NCBI GenBank assembly: GCA_045627385.1 | Contig: JAZQNO010000025.1 | Coordinates: 81,997 to 145,996, forward strand | Origin: Bacteroidales bacterium | GTDB lineage: Bacteria > Bacteroidota > Bacteroidia > Bacteroidales > UBA1402 | DNA: 64,000 bases | Direction: 5' to 3' | Shown here: positions 49,554 to 57,897 of the stretch, in pieces | Position numbering within the stretch: position 1 is the first letter of the stretch | Layout: the number at the start of each line of letters is the position of its first letter | Made by a program: the position numbers and the translations under genes | Notes under the pieces: generated by a model | What the model saw: the letters and a program-made list of their open reading frames with translations, nothing else | Databases searched by the model: none | What the model was told of the DNA's origin: nothing

Positions 49554-50027
49554 ATGAAAGTGATACTCCTTCAGGTGGGAAAGACCACCGACGACTACGC
49601 CCTCAAAGCCATTCAGACCTATGCGGAACGGCTGAAGCATTACGTCAGTTTCCAAATCGAGACCCTTCCCGACCTGAAGGCGACCAAAAACCTTAGCGAA
49701 GCGCAGATCAAGGCCCGCGAAGCCGAGGCCATCCTGCCCTGGGTGAAACCCGACAGCCAGGTGGTGCTGCTCGACGAGCGCGGTCTGGAGCAGACTTCCG
49801 AGCAGTTCGCTTCGTGGATGCAGAAGAAAATGTCGTCGGGCTGCCGCCAACTGGTCTTTGTCATCGGTGGCCCTTACGGATTCGACAAAAGCGTTTACGA
49901 TGCAGTAAACGAGCGTATTTCTCTCTCGAAAATGACCTTTTCGCATCAGATGGTCCGCGTATTCTTCGTGGAACAGCTCTACCGGGCCATGACCATACTC
50001 AACCACGAGCCCTACCATCATTCCTGA
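49554..50027 (+). CDS. rlmH: 23S rRNA (pseudouridine1915-N3)-methyltransferase
   Basis: 157 aa from the ATG at 49554, SPOUT/RlmH-like (FVIGGPYGF). Confidence 0.88.
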   Translation: MKVILLQVGKTTDDYALKAIQTYAERLKHYVSFQIETLPDLKATKNLSEAQIKAREAEAILPWVKPDSQVVLLDERGLEQTSEQFASWMQKKMSSGCRQLVFVIGGPYGFDKSVYDAVNERISLSKMTFSHQMVRVFFVEQLYRAMTILNHEPYHHS

Positions 50028-50076
50028 GAAAAAAATATATCGAGGAATACTTTTTGCATATTCTGCATTTATTACT

Positions 50077-50084
50077 TACCTTTG
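50077..50084 (+). promoter_or_regulatory. -7 box TACCTTTG (with TTTG -33-like element at 50053-50056) for the ilv leader
   Basis: It matches TAnnTTTG, with a 20-nt spacer to the upstream TTTG. It lies 24 nt upstream of the leader ATG. Confidence 0.5.
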
Positions 50085-50107
50085 TCGCCGTCAATAAAAA
50101 CAGACAA

Positions 50108-50173
50108 ATGAATTTCTTCAAGTATCAGGTGAATGTCGTGGTGTCTCTGCCTGTCGTCGTGACAGCGAGATAG
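50108..50173 (+). CDS. ilv leader peptide MNFFKYQVNVVVSLPVVVTAR (7 Val in 21 residues)
   Basis: Hand translation gives Val runs VNVVV and VVV. The stop codon sits at the foot of an antiterminator-type hairpin. Confidence 0.7.
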   Translation: MNFFKYQVNVVVSLPVVVTAR

Positions 50174-50206
50174 GAAAGACGTTTGCCCATACCGGAAGTT
50201 TCGGAC

Positions 50207-50242
50207 GCCTTTCCTGCATCATGGTGGGGAAGGCTTTTTTTT
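50207..50242 (+). terminator. attenuator terminator upstream of ilvD
   Basis: GCCTTTCC (50207-50214) pairs with GGGAAGGC (within 50226-50234) and is followed by T8. The 5' arm can alternatively pair with AGGAAAGACG at 50172-50181. Confidence 0.7.
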
Positions 50243-50266
50243 AATGATTCAATTCGGAATAAGGAT

Positions 50267-52099
50267 ATGAAAATCGCATTGAGAAGCTCGGTTTGTACGG
50301 AAGGTCGCCGTATGGCTGCCGCGAGAGCCCTTTGGGCTGCCAATGGTATGAAGAAAGAACAGGTGGGCAAACCCATCATTGCTGTGGTCAATTCGTTCAC
50401 CCAGTTTGTTCCCGGTCACGTGCACCTGCACGAAATCGGTCAGGAAGTGAAGGCCGAGATCGAACGCCTGGGCTGCTTCGCCGCCGAGTTCGACACCATC
50501 GCCATCGACGACGGCATCGCCATGGGCCACGACGGCATGCTCTATTCGCTGCCCAGCCGCGACATCATCGCCGACAGCGTCGAATATATGGTCAATGCCC
50601 ACAAGGCCGATGCCATGGTGTGCATCAGCAACTGCGACAAAATCACCCCAGGCATGCTGATGGCCGCCATGAGACTCAACATCCCCACCATATTCGTCAG
50701 CGGAGGCCCGATGGAGGCCGGCGAGCTGGACGGAGGCCATCTGGACCTCATCGACGCGATGATCCAGTCGGCCGACCAAAGCGTTTCCGACGCTCAGATG
50801 GCCCGTGTGGAGGCCAGCGCTTGTCCGGGCTGCGGCTGCTGCTCGGGCATGTTCACCGCCAATTCCATGAACTGCCTCAACGAGGCGTTGGGTATGGCTC
50901 TTCCCGGCAACGGCACCATCCTGGCCGACCATGTCAACCGCCGGAAACTTTTCCTCAAGGCGGCCCGTCAGATTGTGAAGAATACCTTCGCCTATTACGA
51001 AGACGGTGACGAGTCGGTTCTGCCGCGTTCCATCGCCACCCGCGAAGCCTTCCTCAACGCCATGACGCTCGACATCGCCATGGGCGGTTCCACCAACACC
51101 GTGCTGCATCTGCTGGCCATCGCCCACGAGGCTGGAGTGGATTTCAGCATGGACGACATCGACATGCTTTCACGTCGGGTGCCCTGCCTGTGCAAGGTGG
51201 CTCCCAATACCAAACTGTTCCACGTGCAGGACGTCAACCGCGCCGGAGGCATCCATTCCATCCTGGGCGAACTGGCCAAGGCCGGACTCATTGAAACCGG
51301 AGTGAAACGGGTCGACGGTCAGACACTGGCCAAAGATCTGGAAGACTATTCCCTGTCGTCGCCGAAGGTGCTGGAGGAAGCCAAAGACTTCTATCTGAGC
51401 GCTCCTTCCCACCGGTTCAATATGAGTTTAGGCTCGCAGGATTCCCGTTTCGACAGTCTGGACACCGACCGCGCAAAGGGCTGCATCCGCGACATGGACC
51501 ACGCCTACACCAAGGACGGCGGTCTGGCCGTGCTCAAGGGCAACATCGCCCTCAACGGCTGTGTGGTCAAGACCGCGGGTGTGGACGAGTCCATCTGGAA
51601 ATTCAGCGGTCCCGCCAAAGTGTTCCATTCACAGGAAGACGCCTGCGAGGGCATCCTCGACGGCAGCGTCCGCTCGGGCGATGTGGTGCTGGTCATTTTC
51701 GAAGGCCCGAAAGGCGGTCCCGGCATGCAGGAAATGCTGTATCCCACCTCATACATCAAGTCGCGCCATCTGGGCAAAGAGTGCGCCCTCATCACCGACG
51801 GCCGCTTTTCAGGCGGCACCTCGGGCCTGTCCATCGGCCACGTTTCTCCCGAAGCCGCTTCAGGCGGAGCCATCGGACTGGTCCGCAACGGAGACATCAT
51901 CGACATCGACATCCCGGCCCGCAGCATCAGCGTGCGCCTGAGCGACGAAGCGCTGGCCCGTCGCCGCCGCGAGGAAGAGGCCAAAGGCCGTCTGGCCTTC
52001 AAGCCCGTCCGCGACCGTCAGGTCTCCCAATCATTGAAAGCCTACGCACAGGCCGTTTCGTCGGCCGATCTGGGTGCAGTCAGAATCATCGAAGACTAA
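50267..52099 (+). CDS. ilvD: dihydroxy-acid dehydratase
   Basis: 610 aa from the ATG at 50267 (MKIALRSS), with the Fe-S ligand block CDKITPGM. The track ORF start at 50183 runs through the attenuator. Confidence 0.95.
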   Translation: MKIALRSSVCTEGRRMAAARALWAANGMKKEQVGKPIIAVVNSFTQFVPGHVHLHEIGQEVKAEIERLGCFAAEFDTIAIDDGIAMGHDGMLYSLPSRDIIADSVEYMVNAHKADAMVCISNCDKITPGMLMAAMRLNIPTIFVSGGPMEAGELDGGHLDLIDAMIQSADQSVSDAQMARVEASACPGCGCCSGMFTANSMNCLNEALGMALPGNGTILADHVNRRKLFLKAARQIVKNTFAYYEDGDESVLPRSIATREAFLNAMTLDIAMGGSTNTVLHLLAIAHEAGVDFSMDDIDMLSRRVPCLCKVAPNTKLFHVQDVNRAGGIHSILGELAKAGLIETGVKRVDGQTLAKDLEDYSLSSPKVLEEAKDFYLSAPSHRFNMSLGSQDSRFDSLDTDRAKGCIRDMDHAYTKDGGLAVLKGNIALNGCVVKTAGVDESIWKFSGPAKVFHSQEDACEGILDGSVRSGDVVLVIFEGPKGGPGMQEMLYPTSYIKSRHLGKECALITDGRFSGGTSGLSIGHVSPEAASGGAIGLVRNGDIIDIDIPARSISVRLSDEALARRRREEEAKGRLAFKPVRDRQVSQSLKAYAQAVSSADLGAVRIIED

Positions 52100-52111
52100 T
52101 CAACTACCGAC

Positions 52112-53815
52112 ATGTCAGAAAGAATCAACGGAGCGGAAGCCTTGATGCGCTCCTTCAAGGAAGAGAATGTCAGAACCATCTTCGGATACCCGGGCGGATT
52201 CATCATCCCCGTATTCGATGCCTTATACTCCTATCAGAAAGAATTCGACTGCATTCTGAGCCGTCACGAGCAGGGTGCCGTCCATGCCGCCCAGGGCTAT
52301 GCCCGCGTGACGGGCGAACCGGGCGTGGTCATCGTCACTTCCGGACCGGCCGCCACCAACATCGTCACCGGCGCCGCCGACGCCATGCTCGACAGCACGC
52401 CTCTGGTCATCATCACCGGACAGTCCATCGTGGCCCAACTGGGTACCGACAGCTTCCAGGAAACCGACGTCATCGGCATCACCCAGCCGGTCACCAAATG
52501 GAGCTACCAGATACGCCGTGCGGAAGACCTGCCATGGGCGGTCGCCCGCGCCTTCTACATCGCCCGTGAAGGCCGTCCCGGACCGGTGGTGCTCGACCTG
52601 ACCAAGGATGCCCAGACACAGCTGCTCGACTTCGAATACAAGAAATGCCGCTTCATTCGCAGCTACCAGCCCTATCCGGCTCTCAACCGGACCGAAGTGG
52701 CCGAGGCCGCCCGCCTCATCAACGAATCGGAGAAGCCTTTGGCCGTAGTGGGGCAGGGCGTCATGCTGGGCCACGCCGAACAGGAACTCTATGCCTTTTT
52801 GGAAAAAGCCGGCATCCCGGCTGCTTCCACCCTCATGGGCCTCTCCATCATGTCCGACGATTATCCGCTCAACATGGGCATGGTGGGCATGCACGGCAAT
52901 GTGGCTCCCAACCGCATGACCAACCGGTGCGACGTGCTCATCGCCATCGGCATGCGCTTCTCCGACCGCGTGACCGGCGACATCCGCTCCTACGCTCCCC
53001 AGGCGAAAATCATCCATTTCGACATAGATCCCTCCGAACTCAACAAGAATGTCAAAGTCGACCAGACGGTGCTGGGCGACGTGAAGGCTTCGCTGCCGGC
53101 CGTGACCGCATTGCTGAAGCCGGCCAGACACACCGACTGGATAGAAAGTTTCAAACCTTTCCGCCAGCAGGAAGACCGCGAAGTCATCCAGCCCGAACTC
53201 CATCCTTCGGCTCAGCCGATAACGATGGCCGAGGCGGTGAAATGCGTGTCGGACCAGTCCGGTTCCAAGACCGTTCTCGTGGCCGATGTGGGACAGAACG
53301 AAATGATATCGGCCCGCTATTTCAGCGCGGGCCCCGGACGCCAGTTCATCGCCTCTGGCGGTCTGGGTACCATGGGCTTCTGCCTGCCTGCCGCCGTAGG
53401 TGCCGCATTGGGCGCTCCCGATGCCGAAATCTATGCCGTCTGCGGTGACGGCGGTTTCCAGATGACGGTTCAGGAACTGGGCACCATCATGCAGTATCAG
53501 CTGCCGGTGAAGATGCTCGTGCTCAACAACAGCTATCTGGGCATGGTACGCCAGTGGCAGGAACTTTTCTGGGACGAACGCTATTCGTCCACCCGCATGC
53601 AGAATCCCGATTTTGTCCGCCTGGCCTCGGCCTACGGCATAACCGGCCGTTCGGTAAGCCGCAGAGAAGAACTTTCCGAGGCTGTCGGCGAGATGATTGC
53701 CCACAAGGGCCCCTATCTGCTCGAAGTCAAGGTCGAGCAAAAGGGGTTGGTCTATCCGATGATTCCGGCCGGAAAACCCATCACCGACATCATCATGGGC
53801 AAAGAAACCAAGTAA
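52112..53815 (+). CDS. ilvB: acetolactate synthase large subunit (biosynthetic)
   Basis: 567 aa, a TPP enzyme with the GDGGFQM block. Confidence 0.93.
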   Translation: MSERINGAEALMRSFKEENVRTIFGYPGGFIIPVFDALYSYQKEFDCILSRHEQGAVHAAQGYARVTGEPGVVIVTSGPAATNIVTGAADAMLDSTPLVIITGQSIVAQLGTDSFQETDVIGITQPVTKWSYQIRRAEDLPWAVARAFYIAREGRPGPVVLDLTKDAQTQLLDFEYKKCRFIRSYQPYPALNRTEVAEAARLINESEKPLAVVGQGVMLGHAEQELYAFLEKAGIPAASTLMGLSIMSDDYPLNMGMVGMHGNVAPNRMTNRCDVLIAIGMRFSDRVTGDIRSYAPQAKIIHFDIDPSELNKNVKVDQTVLGDVKASLPAVTALLKPARHTDWIESFKPFRQQEDREVIQPELHPSAQPITMAEAVKCVSDQSGSKTVLVADVGQNEMISARYFSAGPGRQFIASGGLGTMGFCLPAAVGAALGAPDAEIYAVCGDGGFQMTVQELGTIMQYQLPVKMLVLNNSYLGMVRQWQELFWDERYSSTRMQNPDFVRLASAYGITGRSVSRREELSEAVGEMIAHKGPYLLEVKVEQKGLVYPMIPAGKPITDIIMGKETK

Positions 53816-53834
53816 CAGCAAACGATTCAAGGAT

Positions 53835-54389
53835 ATGGAAAAGCAATTGTATACCATCAACGTGTATTCCGAAAATACGGTCGGTATCCTCAATCAGGTG
53901 ACCAATGTCTTCACGCGCCGTCAGGTCAACATCGAGAGCCTGACCGTGTCGCGCTCGTCGATTCCCGGAGTGCATAAATACACCATTACCGCCGAGACCG
54001 ACGAGGAGACCATTTCCAAGATGGTGCACCAGATCGAGCGCCGCATCGATGTGCTGAAGGCGTTCTATTACGTCGACGATGAAATCATTTTCCAGGAAAT
54101 CGCCCTGTACAAGATTTCCACCGACGTGGTGCTCGAACACGGGGCGCTGGAGGAAATCGTGCGCCGCTACAATGCGCGCATTCTCGAGCTGAACCGCACC
54201 TACACGGTCATCGAGCAGACGGGTCATGTGGAGGAAATCGAGCGTCTCTATCAGGAACTGCAACCGCTTGGCATCCTGCAGTTTGTGCGCTCCGGACGCA
54301 TCTCTATCACCAAATCGCCCATCGAGCGCCTGAACGAATTCCTCGAAGAAATGGAGTCCAAGCGCCAGGTCTGCGAACAACAGCCGTAA
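53835..54389 (+). CDS. ilvN: acetolactate synthase small (regulatory) subunit
   Basis: 184 aa with the N-terminal ACT domain YTINVYSENTVGILNQVTNVFTRR. Confidence 0.9.
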   Translation: MEKQLYTINVYSENTVGILNQVTNVFTRRQVNIESLTVSRSSIPGVHKYTITAETDEETISKMVHQIERRIDVLKAFYYVDDEIIFQEIALYKISTDVVLEHGALEEIVRRYNARILELNRTYTVIEQTGHVEEIERLYQELQPLGILQFVRSGRISITKSPIERLNEFLEEMESKRQVCEQQP

Positions 54390-54504
54390 CGGCATAGGTG
54401 AGTTGGGCTGTAAAAGGTTTGTTTGCTGACTTCTTAGCTGAAATGTCTGTCCTGTAATAATGGCGCATTATTTGTATGTTTTGATTACCGGTAGTGAATT
54501 ATAA

Positions 54505-54693
54505 GATTCGATTGGTAATGATTGTGTTACTGCATCGATGTCTGAATTAATAATACCACCAGGCAGAAAAGCAAAATTGAAAATCAATATTTCACCAAAT
54601 GCTGAAGGCGATTTTACGTGGTGTGTAGACATTAAAGGTCTTGATGATGTATCTCTTCAAATTTTTATATCGGCGACAGTGGTTGGTTTATGA
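54505..54693 (+). pseudogene. possible 3' remnant of a DUF1573-like gene
   Basis: The open frame reads DSIGNDCVTASMSELIIPPGRKAKLKINISPNAEGDFTWCVDIKGLDDVSLQIFISATVVGL*. It is bounded upstream by an in-frame TAA. The pattern resembles the C-terminal half of DUF1573 domains, judged from memory. Confidence 0.3.
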
Positions 54694-54721
54694 TATAAGT
54701 TATACTTCATAAAATTAGCAT

Positions 54722-55060
54722 ATGAAAAGACTCCTATTTTCAATTCTATGTACAACAGTGATTATGGCTTTTTTATTCCTGATTCTATGTGTTGTGAGGA
54801 ATAGAACTATTTCTCCAATCGTAATGGTCAATGTCGAGGCATTGGGAGATTACGAATATCCTCACCAGAATAATCGTGGTACTTATGGTGGTATAGATGA
54901 TGATATGTGGCTGATATCAGAATGCTCTTTGCCCAGAGGCGAAGCCGAAAGTTGGTTTATTCTTCATGGGGGAGATTATAGCTGTTCGGGTTGGTGTTGT
55001 GACAGTTGTCATGAAACCTGGTATTGCGGCAATGGTGATATTGTTACTAATTGCAATTAA
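54722..55060 (+). CDS. signal-anchored Cys-rich peptide with NVEAL(G) motif (NVEALA-family-like), copy 1
   Basis: 112 aa with an N-terminal TM segment, NVEALG at residues 37-42 and a C-terminal region with 7 Cys ending GWCCDSCHETWYCGNGDIVTNCN. Confidence 0.85.
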   Translation: MKRLLFSILCTTVIMAFLFLILCVVRNRTISPIVMVNVEALGDYEYPHQNNRGTYGGIDDDMWLISECSLPRGEAESWFILHGGDYSCSGWCCDSCHETWYCGNGDIVTNCN

Positions 55061-55068
55061 TTCAATGA
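55014..55068. repeat. 55-nt block 100% identical to 56609-56663 (peptide 3' end + junction + lipoprotein ATG)
   Basis: By direct comparison, both copies read AAACCTGGTATTGCGGCAATGGTGATATTGTTACTAATTGCAATTAATTCAATGA. Confidence 0.9.
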
Positions 55069-56252
55069 GAAACACGTCCTATTTATTCTTGTTGACTGGC
55101 GTGGTTTTGTCATTGTCGTCCTGTCGGCACCGGGAGGTAGATGACAAAGTGTATATGGCAGACTCGACTGGAATCGTATTCGACTATGATCTGGAAAAGG
55201 CTGCTGCAAATGATTCGATGATCTCTATAAGTCAGATTGTCGATTCTGTCGTTTACATTCCTTTGGAATTTGACATTCTTGCCTCCTTGAGACCCGACTA
55301 CCTGATGACTGTCGAGACTGACGAGGGCTTTGTCGTTTCTTCCAATTCCACGCAGGGTTTCAATGGTGTTTTTCAGTTCGACAAGAACGGCAGATACCAA
55401 AAGACACTTGTCGGAAAAGGCCATGGCCACAACGAATTGGTCCCGTATTTCTACAATTGGTCATACAATGAGACTGAAAAACTGATTGTTTTGAGTGGAA
55501 GGGGTTATTACTGCGAACTCAATGCAGAAACCGGAGAAGTGAGCATGCTGAAAAAGTCAGAATATGCCTATCAGACCATGATTCTTGTTGAAAACAAGCG
55601 GTTTCTGGCTCTTCCTGTGGAGGATGATCCCCAGATTCCATTTCTTGTGCTGACTGACTCGGACGGGAGCACTGTCGCGAAATATTTCACTAAACATAAG
55701 AAAAACGCCTACGCCGAAACTCCGCAATCTGGTTGGAGTCCGACCGAACATCGTATATTGGATCAGGACAAGCAAGGCCGACCGTTGTTCAAGGATATGT
55801 ACAATGATACCGTCTATGCATGGTCGGACAAAGGTCTTCAGCCGGCTTTCTGCCTGAATGCCGGAGACCTGAATCCCAAAGTGAAAGATGCTGGAAAGAG
55901 CGTAAGAAAAGGACAACAGGTGTTTGTCTATCATGTGGCCACAGTTGGAAAGTATCTTCTATGCTTTTATCATTACAACGGCAATCGGGCGGAAAGCGTT
56001 TTCGATATGGAAACTGGAAAACTCGTTGCCAATGAGCGATTGCCCATCCATGCAAGGGGTGTTGATTTGTGGAAGACAAGGTCGCCCCATTTTGTGTCTT
56101 TGGATACTCCGACGGGAAAACGTATCCTGGTCGGTGTCACATGGGCTTCAGGTGATTGCCTGTATGGAGTGGTGAACCCGTCGGACGTTTCGGATTTTCT
56201 TGAAGTGGATGCCGATTCCAACCCGGTCCTGGTGAAAATGTATCTGAACTGA
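55065..56252 (+). CDS. beta-propeller-type lipoprotein (6-bladed propeller / BF3164-like family, from memory), copy 1
   Basis: 395 aa from the ATG at 55065. It has the lipoprotein signal LSLSSC and a GKGHGHNEL block. It starts 4 nt after the peptide stop. Confidence 0.85.
   Translation: MRNTSYLFLLTGVVLSLSSCRHREVDDKVYMADSTGIVFDYDLEKAAANDSMISISQIVDSVVYIPLEFDILASLRPDYLMTVETDEGFVVSSNSTQGFNGVFQFDKNGRYQKTLVGKGHGHNELVPYFYNWSYNETEKLIVLSGRGYYCELNAETGEVSMLKKSEYAYQTMILVENKRFLALPVEDDPQIPFLVLTDSDGSTVAKYFTKHKKNAYAETPQSGWSPTEHRILDQDKQGRPLFKDMYNDTVYAWSDKGLQPAFCLNAGDLNPKVKDAGKSVRKGQQVFVYHVATVGKYLLCFYHYNGNRAESVFDMETGKLVANERLPIHARGVDLWKTRSPHFVSLDTPTGKRILVGVTWASGDCLYGVVNPSDVSDFLEVDADSNPVLVKMYLN
56159..56248. 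repeat. 90-nt block identical except 1 nt to 57779-57868 (3' ends of the two lipoprotein genes)
   Basis: It encodes LYGVVNPSDVSDFLEVDADSNPVLVKMYL in both copies. The single difference is G/A in AACCC[G/A]GTCC. Confidence 0.9.
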
Positions 56253-56310
56253 GATTACTCTGCTAAAATTCTTGAGCGGACAAAACTACAATTTCTAAAA
56301 ATTAAATGTT

Positions 56311-56655
56311 ATGAAAAATAAACTTATTTCTATTATTTGCGCAACAATGATTGTGTCCTGTTTGTTTCTCATCATATGTATTGTGAGAAATAAAATGATA
56401 TCACCAATGGTAATTGCCAACGTCGAGGCATTGGGAGATTACGAATATCCTCATCAAAACAATCAAGGAACTTGTGGTTATGGTGGCATCGATTATGATA
56501 TGTGGTTGATTTCAGAGTGTTCTTTGCCCCAAAGTGTAGCAATTGAGTGGTATAATAATAACCGCGGCAAGCACGGATGTATGGGTTGGTGTTGTGAGAG
56601 TTGCTCTCAAACCTGGTATTGCGGCAATGGTGATATTGTTACTAATTGCAATTAA
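56311..56655 (+). CDS. signal-anchored Cys-rich peptide with NVEAL(G) motif, copy 2
   Basis: 114 aa with the same architecture as copy 1. It has 8 Cys after the NVEALG motif and the identical tail TWYCGNGDIVTNCN. Confidence 0.85.
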   Translation: MKNKLISIICATMIVSCLFLIICIVRNKMISPMVIANVEALGDYEYPHQNNQGTCGYGGIDYDMWLISECSLPQSVAIEWYNNNRGKHGCMGWCCESCSQTWYCGNGDIVTNCN

Positions 56656-56663
56656 TTCAATGA
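56609..56663. repeat. partner of the 55-nt identical block at 55014-55068
   Basis: Established by direct comparison of the two sequences. Confidence 0.9.
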
Positions 56664-57862
56664 AAAAGACTTTCTGTTTGCCCCTGATGATTGGTGCAGT
56701 GCTGTCATTGCCGTCCTGTCGGCACCGGGAGGCTGACAAAGCGGTGTCTGGTGCAGCTGTTGGGCAGTCCGTTGCCGGCATCTGCTCTTTTGACTTGTCG
56801 TCCGCCGTCGTGAAAGACACATCCGTTTTAATCAACGGCATTGTCGATTCCTTTGAATACATACCCTTGGAATTTAATTTGGACGCCTCTTTGCAACTGG
56901 AATATCTGATGACCGCAGAAACGGAAAACGGACTGCTGGTTTCCAACAATTGTGCCAGGTGGTTCAGAGGCGTTTTTCTGTTTGGCAAATCTGGAGATTT
57001 TAAATCAACGCTCATCGGATTGGGCCATGGGCACAACGAATTGTCACCAGACTTCTACGGGTGGGCATACGACAGGTACAAAGGAGAATTGCTGATGCTT
57101 GGCCGAGGCATTTGTTATGTCTTCAACTGCAGGTCGAATGAAGGCAGGCTTCTCAAAGCGGATGACGCTTTTATGGATATCGTCCCGACTGACGGAGACG
57201 TGTATCTGGTCAGGCCGGCAAGCGCCTCAAAGGAAGGAAACCCCTTCCTGAAACTGGTCAGCGGTAAGGGAACCGCAGTCAAGGAATTCCGGTATGAAAA
57301 CAAGATGTCTGTCTACTACGAGGTGCCCACGGCGGATTTCGGTCCGAACGAGCATCGTCTGTTGAAACAAGGAGGAAGTGGAGAAGCCTTGTTCAAAGAC
57401 ATGTTCAACGACACAATCTATGTGCTCGAACACGATGTCCTTCATCCGCGTTATTGTCTGGAAACGGGAAGTAAGCGTCCGAATGTCAAGGATGTGTTGA
57501 ATAAGAAAAAGAAAGCCGGGCAAATTTACCTCTCCGATATCGCGACAGCTGGCGATTATCTGCTATGTCAGTACGAATACGCAGGAGAACCTTTCAATCA
57601 ACTGGTTTTTGAAATCTCCACCGGAAAGGTGGTGGCCGCATCCCATTTCGGGCTGGACATGCGTGGGGCCGGAACGGTTCACGCCTTCAGAAACAGGTTC
57701 CCTTTCCAGTTGCAGACTCCCACCGGACATGTCATCTGGATGGGTATGACAGCTGTCGGAGAAAGCATCCTGTATGGAGTGGTGAACCCGTCGGACGTTT
57801 CGGATTTTCTTGAAGTGGATGCCGATTCCAACCCAGTCCTGGTGAAAATGTATCTGAAATAA
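56660..57862 (+). CDS. beta-propeller-type lipoprotein, copy 2
   Basis: 400 aa from the ATG at 56660. It has the lipoprotein signal LSLPSC and a GLGHGHNEL block. It starts 4 nt after the peptide stop. Confidence 0.85.
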   Translation: MKKTFCLPLMIGAVLSLPSCRHREADKAVSGAAVGQSVAGICSFDLSSAVVKDTSVLINGIVDSFEYIPLEFNLDASLQLEYLMTAETENGLLVSNNCARWFRGVFLFGKSGDFKSTLIGLGHGHNELSPDFYGWAYDRYKGELLMLGRGICYVFNCRSNEGRLLKADDAFMDIVPTDGDVYLVRPASASKEGNPFLKLVSGKGTAVKEFRYENKMSVYYEVPTADFGPNEHRLLKQGGSGEALFKDMFNDTIYVLEHDVLHPRYCLETGSKRPNVKDVLNKKKKAGQIYLSDIATAGDYLLCQYEYAGEPFNQLVFEISTGKVVAASHFGLDMRGAGTVHAFRNRFPFQLQTPTGHVIWMGMTAVGESILYGVVNPSDVSDFLEVDADSNPVLVKMYLK

Positions 57863-57868
57863 TTATTT
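57779..57868. repeat. partner of the 90-nt block at 56159-56248
   Basis: Established by direct comparison of the two sequences. Confidence 0.9.
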
Positions 57869-57889
57869 GGCGTTGTCGGAGACATGTTG

Positions 57890-57897
57890 TATCTTTG
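57890..57897 (+). promoter_or_regulatory. -7 box TATCTTTG upstream of ilvC
   Basis: It matches TAnnTTTG and lies 52 nt upstream of the ilvC ATG. Confidence 0.45.

Noticed and set aside
54467-57869. An 8-bp direct repeat ATTATTTG at 54467-54474 and 57862-57869, considered as a possible target-site duplication of the insert.
   Set aside because: An 8-mer match between two AT-rich ~100-nt windows is expected by chance at roughly the 10-20% level. The left copy is 78 nt inside the insert rather than at its edge. There are no flanking inverted repeats and no recombinase gene.
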